Below, piece after piece: positions 58,921-64,000 of a stretch of DNA of 64,000 bases. Origin of the DNA: Candidatus Levyibacteriota bacterium (GTDB lineage Bacteria; Patescibacteriota; Microgenomatia; Levybacterales; UBA12049); assembly GCA_043823085.1 (NCBI GenBank), contig JBDRBE010000004.1, positions 342,780-406,779 on the forward strand, in the 5' to 3' direction. Both the position numbers and the translations under genes were made by a program. Position 1 is the stretch's first letter. The number at the start of each line of letters is the position of its first letter. Below the pieces are notes generated by a model that was given only the letters and a program-made list of their open reading frames with translations, did not search any database and was not told the DNA's origin.

Positions 58921-59379
58921 TTACCCTATTTCAAATCTCTGGAATTTCTTAACGACGATATTTTCGCCAAGTTTTCCGATAACGCTTTTTATTAAATCAT
59001 TAATTGTCATTGAACTATCGCGAATATACTCTTGTTTTAATAAGCTTGCAACGTCTTTTGGATTCATGGCGCAAATTTGCATGGCAATTTCGTGAGCTAA
59101 ATTTTTAAATTCTTGTGTTCTTGCAACAAAATCCGTTTCACAAAGTATTGAAATTAAAGCGCCGACTCGGCCATTTTGGTGAATGTAGGCTTCAACAAGT
59201 CCTTGTGAAGTCTCACGCTCTGCTTTTTTCTCGGCTTTTTCTATTCCTCTTTTTTTAAGCCAGGCAAGCGCTTTTTTATAATCGCCCGCTGATTCTTCCA
59301 ATGCAATTCTGCAATCGGAAACTGAAGCTTGTGTTTCATTTCGCAGTTTTTTTAAGTCTTGAAGATTTATGCTTACCAT
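58921..59379 (-). CDS. tsf: Elongation factor Ts (short form)
   Basis: LRNET..DC..AL, CETDFVAR, KLGENI.V..F.RF. Confidence 0.95.
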   Translation of the reverse strand: MVSINLQDLKKLRNETQASVSDCRIALEESAGDYKKALAWLKKRGIEKAEKKAERETSQGLVEAYIHQNGRVGALISILCETDFVARTQEFKNLAHEIAMQICAMNPKDVASLLKQEYIRDSSMTINDLIKSVIGKLGENIVVKKFQRFEIG

Positions 59380-59380
59380 T

Positions 59381-60187
59381 TTACTTCTCCTTACTGGGTT
59401 TTGTTTTTGGTTTTGTTGTCGCCGCCCGTTTAGTTTTAGTTTCCTTTGACGATACGGGTTTGGAAACCTCAACCTTTGCCGATTTTCTTCCCTCAACCCA
59501 CGCTTCTATTATATATGAAATTATTAATTTCAAACTGCCGACCGCATCATCGTTTGCCGGAACAGCATAATCAATTAAGTATGGATCTGCATTGGTATCG
59601 GTTATGCCAACTGTTGGAATACTCATTCTTTTTGCTTCGCGAACTGCTAAATCTTCAAGATGCGAATCAATGATAAACAAGGCGTCGGGAAGTTTTTTCA
59701 TTTCCAAAACTCCGCCGTAAAAACCTTCAAGTTGTAGTTTTTCTTTTTCCCATAGTCCAACTTCCCTTTTGGTATATTTTGCTCTTTCTTCTTCATTTTT
59801 TAACCGTTCTCCTAAATCTTTTAATTTCCTATAATTTTTGGCCATTTCCGAATAATTGGTTAAAGTTCCGCCCATCCAGCGATTGGCAACCCAAAATAAT
59901 CCATCGGCAAAACCTTCTATTTTTGCTTTTTCAATTGCTTCTTTTAGAATCCCTTGCGCTTGCCTTTTTGTTCCAACCACCAAAAAACTTGATCCTTCTT
60001 TTTTGGCAACTGATTTTACAAATGCGGCGGCATTGTCTAAACCCTCCTTGGTTTTTGCTAAATCTATAATGTGGATATTATCGCGAGCTTCAAAAATATA
60101 ATCGCGGGCCTTTGGGTTTGAACGAGTTACCTGATGCCCGAAATGGCATCCTGCTTCCAATAATTCTTCAAGTGTAATTTCTCTCAT
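59381..60187 (-). CDS. rpsB: 30S ribosomal protein S2
   Basis: LLEAGCHFGH, RWMGGTLTN, DTNADP, PANDDA. Confidence 0.97.
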   Translation of the reverse strand: MREITLEELLEAGCHFGHQVTRSNPKARDYIFEARDNIHIIDLAKTKEGLDNAAAFVKSVAKKEGSSFLVVGTKRQAQGILKEAIEKAKIEGFADGLFWVANRWMGGTLTNYSEMAKNYRKLKDLGERLKNEEERAKYTKREVGLWEKEKLQLEGFYGGVLEMKKLPDALFIIDSHLEDLAVREAKRMSIPTVGITDTNADPYLIDYAVPANDDAVGSLKLIISYIIEAWVEGRKSAKVEVSKPVSSKETKTKRAATTKPKTKPSKEK

Positions 60188-60220
60188 ACCGTTTCCTTTT
60201 ACCTCCACTTACAATTAATC

Positions 60221-60667
60221 TTATTCAGGAAACATAAAGTAAGTGTGTGAATTAAATTCATGATAGCAGAAAAAGAAAAAAAATACAATCCCAAACTTAT
60301 CTTACGCCGCCTTGCGGCCATTCCCTGTCCGGCAAATATTGGCGCGGAAAAGAAGAGGATAAAAGAAATGCAAGTCTCTTTTATACTGCTCACTATATCT
60401 TTTTAATTCTTCTGGTAATGCATCCACGCCACAATGCCAGATAAATCTCGCACACATTTGAAGATCTGTCGGTAGCTTTACCAACGTTCCTTGTCGATCA
60501 ACCCCAGCTCTTCTTGTTCGCTCAAAAACAACATTACTATCTGTCTCTAGTTGACGGTGTACTCTTGGACCACCTAAATCATGCTCTGATAATGCTTAAA
60601 ACCGCTTTCCTTGTCTGTTTCTTAAAAATCTTCTAAGGGCCTCTGGTCGACGACATACTTCTATCAT
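60221..60667 (-). pseudogene. Probable decayed orphan gene
   Basis: One frame from ATG 60667 to TAA 60221, interrupted by in-frame TAA at 60598 and 60304; fills the glyA-rpsB gap. Confidence 0.35.
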
Positions 60668-60714
60668 ATAATTTATAATTGAATAATATCACTAAATCCC
60701 ATTTTTGCAAGAGG

Positions 60715-62037
60715 TTATGCTACGGGGAATTTGGAGCAAAGGCTTTTGACTTCTTTATTGATTAAAATTAATTTTTTATTTTTAATAACATTTGTTCTAA
60801 ATTCTTTCCAAAACTGTCCTCTTTCTTCTTTGTTTTGCGGAATCTGCGAGTTTCCTACCTCTTGACAAATTTCATTTATCCATTTGGCGATTTTTACCAT
60901 TTCTCTCTCCTTCATCCCCCGCGTAGTTATGGCAGGTGTTCCCAAACGAATTCCCGAAGGGTAAAACGGAGGCATCGGGTCATTTGGAACAGCGTTTTTA
61001 TTAACAACTATTCCCGCAATTTCTAAAGCCAAAGCCGCAGCCGCACCATTAACATTTTTATTTTTTAAATCTATTAAAAGCAAATGATTTTCTGTTGTAC
61101 CGCTTATTAAATTAAATCCATATCTTGTAAGTTCATCTGCCAGCGTTTTTGCATTTTTAACAATCTGCGCGCCGTATCTTTTGAAAGATGTTAAACTTGC
61201 TTCATAAAGAGCAACGGCAATTGCGGCAGTTTGATTGTCATGCGGGCCTCCCTGCAATCCTGGAAAAACCGCTTTATTAATTTTTTCTCCAAGCTCGGGA
61301 TCTTTTTTTAGTCCTTTATCTGTAACCATTATCATCGCTCCTCTTGGACCTCTCAAAGTTTTATGTGTTGTCGTCATAACTATATGGGCATATGGGATAG
61401 GACTTGGATGAACGCCGGCAACAATAAGACCGGTAATATGGGAAATATCGGCAAGCAAATATGCTCCGACTTTATCGGCAATTTGTCCGAATCTTTTAAA
61501 ATTGATGATTCTAGGATAAGCTGTATAACCGCAGACAATAATTTTTGGCTTTTCTTTAACTGCCAATTTTTCAAGTTCATCATAATCCAACAAACCATCT
61601 TTACCAAGCTGATACTGAACTGTCTTAAAATATTTTCCCGAAAAAGAGACCGGCGCACCGTGAGTTAAATGCCCACCGAATGCCAGAGAAAGCCCCATAA
61701 TTTTATCCTTTAAAGGCTCTAAAAGCGCAAAGTAAATCGCTGTGTTGGCCGGAGAACCGGAATATGGCTGAACGTTTACATATGGAACGCCGAAAAGTTT
61801 TTTAGCCCTTTCTTGAGCCAAAATTTCTACTTCGTCGGCAAACTTTTGTCCTTGATAATAACGTTTTTTTGGATACCCTTCGGAATATTTATAGTTTAAA
61901 ACGCTACCCAATGCCTGAAGCATTGCTTTGCTTAAATGATTGTTCGATGGAATCATTTCTAATGTATTTTGAACTCGTTTTTCCTCGTCTTTGATAAGCT
62001 TGTAAATTTTGGGGTCGGTTTTTTGCAATGCTTTCAC
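60715..62037 (-). CDS. glyA: Serine hydroxymethyltransferase
   Basis: KYSEGYP, GGHLTHG, TTTHKTLRGPRG, SGIRLGTPA; GTG start at 62037. Confidence 0.97.
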   Translation of the reverse strand: MKALQKTDPKIYKLIKDEEKRVQNTLEMIPSNNHLSKAMLQALGSVLNYKYSEGYPKKRYYQGQKFADEVEILAQERAKKLFGVPYVNVQPYSGSPANTAIYFALLEPLKDKIMGLSLAFGGHLTHGAPVSFSGKYFKTVQYQLGKDGLLDYDELEKLAVKEKPKIIVCGYTAYPRIINFKRFGQIADKVGAYLLADISHITGLIVAGVHPSPIPYAHIVMTTTHKTLRGPRGAMIMVTDKGLKKDPELGEKINKAVFPGLQGGPHDNQTAAIAVALYEASLTSFKRYGAQIVKNAKTLADELTRYGFNLISGTTENHLLLIDLKNKNVNGAAAALALEIAGIVVNKNAVPNDPMPPFYPSGIRLGTPAITTRGMKEREMVKIAKWINEICQEVGNSQIPQNKEERGQFWKEFRTNVIKNKKLILINKEVKSLCSKFPVA

Positions 62038-62081
62038 AAAATAGATAATACTAATAATTTTAAAAATAATCAAGGGCTAGT

Positions 62082-62211
62082 TTTTAGAATCTTTGATGTG
62101 AGAAGTGGGATTTTCTTGAACTTGACCGTTTTGATATCTAGATATCTAGAATTCAAGAAATCGAAGATTCAAGATCAAAAATGTCAAAAATATCTCACGT
62201 CAAAAATTCTA
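62082..62211. repeat. Intergenic TCAAGA-type repeat
   Basis: gaagtgggattttcttgaacttga shared with 48762 and, reversed, with the 42152 and 43555 copies. Confidence 0.8.
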
Positions 62212-62213
62212 GT

Positions 62214-62744
62214 TCATCTCTCCAATTCCAAAAACTTATATTTATGTCCTTCCCACTTTCCTTCTTTTTCAAAAACTATTTTTTTGAATATTGATTCGTA
62301 TTCCGGGAAAAAAGTGTCGGCGTCTTTAACAGCATCTACAATTGTTAAATATAATTTATCCGTTAAACCAATCGCCTGCTGATAAATCTGTCCCCCCCCG
62401 ATAATAAATATTTCTTTTTTATTGTCATGCCAAACTTGTTTCGGCATCTCACGAGATTCTGAAGCCATTTTCAACGCTTCATCCAAAGAACTCGTAATTT
62501 TTAGCTTCGCAAGGCGTCGCCTTGCGAAGCTAGAATCTCGCGAAATAACTATGTTCGTCCTATTGGGAAGAGGATGGCCAATCGACTCGAAGGTTTTTCG
62601 CCCCATTATAATAGTATGGCCACATGTTTTTTCGCGAAACCGCTTCATATCTTCGGGGATTTGCCACAACAATTTATTATCGTTCCCAATTCCTCTGTCT
62701 TTTGAAATCGCTACGATGATGCTGATTTTTGAATTATGAATCAT
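62214..62744 (-). CDS. folA: Dihydrofolate reductase with two repeat inserts
   Basis: IG..NKLLW.IPED, IMGRKTFESI, LPNR.NIV, IGGGQIY, DTFFP. Confidence 0.96.
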   Translation of the reverse strand: MIHNSKISIIVAISKDRGIGNDNKLLWQIPEDMKRFREKTCGHTIIMGRKTFESIGHPLPNRTNIVISRDSSFARRRLAKLKITSSLDEALKMASESREMPKQVWHDNKKEIFIIGGGQIYQQAIGLTDKLYLTIVDAVKDADTFFPEYESIFKKIVFEKEGKWEGHKYKFLELER

Positions 62745-63229
62745 AAATTATGAATTTTTGAACTTTTAATCAAACCGTTTGAATCGCTAAAAAACTTAAT
62801 TGCATCCTCCACCGTTTGTTTAACATTTGCCAATAATTGATATTTATCTAAATCTGACGTTTTTACCCATTCCGGAATTGTTTCTTCCGATTCTTTTATT
62901 TCCCCTGAAAATTTTAAACAAAGAAAAACATGCCAGGAAAAATTTACAACTCCCTGTTTTCTTTTAATTGCCGCATAATAAATATTATTAGGATAATCAA
63001 CAAATGAAATTCCTGTTAACCCCGTTTCTTCTTTTAATTCTCTAATTGCCGTATCTTTTTCTGTTTCACTCTCATCAACTTTTCCGCCGGGCAAACCATA
63101 AATTCCTGTCAAATGTCCTGCTTTTTGGGTATGTCTTACAAGCAAAACTTTATCATCTTTGATAAGTAATGCCGCCGCTGATAAAACAATATTTTTAAGT
63201 TTTTGATTTTTCGTAGAAGCCTCCTGCAA
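62741..63229 (-). CDS. NUDIX hydrolase (start uncertain)
   Basis: Nudix box GGKVDESETEKDTAIRELKEETGL. Confidence 0.9.
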   Translation of the reverse strand: MQEASTKNQKLKNIVLSAAALLIKDDKVLLVRHTQKAGHLTGIYGLPGGKVDESETEKDTAIRELKEETGLTGISFVDYPNNIYYAAIKRKQGVVNFSWHVFLCLKFSGEIKESEETIPEWVKTSDLDKYQLLANVKQTVEDAIKFFSDSNGLIKSSKIHNL

Positions 63230-64000
63230 CAGTTAATTCACCTTTTAAAACAGGATAAGGATCGTAATTTTCCAAAGTCACGTGTTCCACGCGAAAATCG
63301 TCAATTTCTTTTACGCCTTTATCGATTGTTACTTTTGGAAAAGGACGGGGTTTTCTTTTTAGTTGTTCTTTCACTTGTTCAATATGATTTTTATAAATAT
63401 GCGCATCGCCAAAAGTATGAACAAACTCTCCCGGCTTAGCTTTTAAAACTTGAGCAATTATTATTGCTAGTAAAGCATAACTTGCAATATTAAAAGGAAC
63501 TCCCAAAAATAAATCGGCACTTCGCTGATAAAGCTGTAAATAAACTTTTCCGCCTTTCAAACTAATTTGGTACATGTTGTGACAGATTGGAAAACGCGAG
63601 GCGTCTTTGTATTCTGCCATTTTGTAGAGATATTCCGGATTCCAGGAATTCACAATTGCATTACGGGCATATTTATCTTCCCGAAGTTCACCAATCGCCC
63701 ATTTTAACTGATCTATTGTTCTTTTTGTTCTTGTTGGCCATCTTCTCCATAATTCTCCATAAATTTTAGGAAGATTCCCCCACTTTTTTGCAAATTTATT
63801 ATCGTCTTTAATTTTTTGAATAAACTCCTCTTTTGCCATTTGTTGATTCGTTGTTTTATTGATTTGTTGATTGTAAATTTTGTACGGGTAATCGTCCCAG
63901 ATATGAACATTGTTATCAACAAGATATTTGATATTTGATTGCCCCGACATAAACCAATAAAGTTCATGCAAAACCCCTTTCCAGTAAACTTTTTTAGTGG
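63195..64000 (-). CDS. thyA: Thymidylate synthase, 5' end outside the window
   Basis: ELYWF..G, PICH, YQRSADLFLGVPFNIASY, DAHIY.NH. Confidence 0.97.
   Translation of the reverse strand, partial: TKKVYWKGVLHELYWFMSGQSNIKYLVDNNVHIWDDYPYKIYNQQINKTTNQQMAKEEFIQKIKDDNKFAKKWGNLPKIYGELWRRWPTRTKRTIDQLKWAIGELREDKYARNAIVNSWNPEYLYKMAEYKDASRFPICHNMYQISLKGGKVYLQLYQRSADLFLGVPFNIASYALLAIIIAQVLKAKPGEFVHTFGDAHIYKNHIEQVKEQLKRKPRPFPKVTIDKGVKEIDDFRVEHVTLENYDPYPVLKGELTVAGGFYEKSKT

Overview
AT-rich 64 kb window from a reduced-genome bacterium. A Patescibacteria/Microgenomates-like lineage is inferred from the short EF-Ts and RF1, apparently leaderless sigma70 promoters, 'QEIRQRA' surface proteins and orphan-rich interspersions. 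It is mostly housekeeping: efp, pepA, dnaB, hisS, rpmE-prfA, htrA/ctpA, rpsF-ssb-rpsR, ychF, cysS, rpsU-ybeY-dnaX-ybaB-prs-recR, proS, thrC, pgl-zwf-gnd, rpsB-tsf-frr-rseP and thyA-nudix-folA-glyA. Four things stand out. (1) A complete transcriptional His T-box riboswitch with an ultra-short Stem I (CAC in an apical loop) precedes a tRNA-His with a 44-nt structured insertion, then a PRTase-HAD-nucleoside phosphorylase trio coupled to hisS. (2) Two TrpR/YerC-like genes are each bracketed by their own 28-34 bp repeat pair, the same layout as the REP-flanked RAYT transposase here. (3) Palindromic and heptamer repeats are inserted in frame in about a dozen conserved proteins and in RNAs, with intergenic copies in the same window. 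(4) A tandem family of three divergent orphan paralogues shares one promoter motif, and one is interrupted by an in-frame TGA. All calls come from reading the sequence; no database searches were run.
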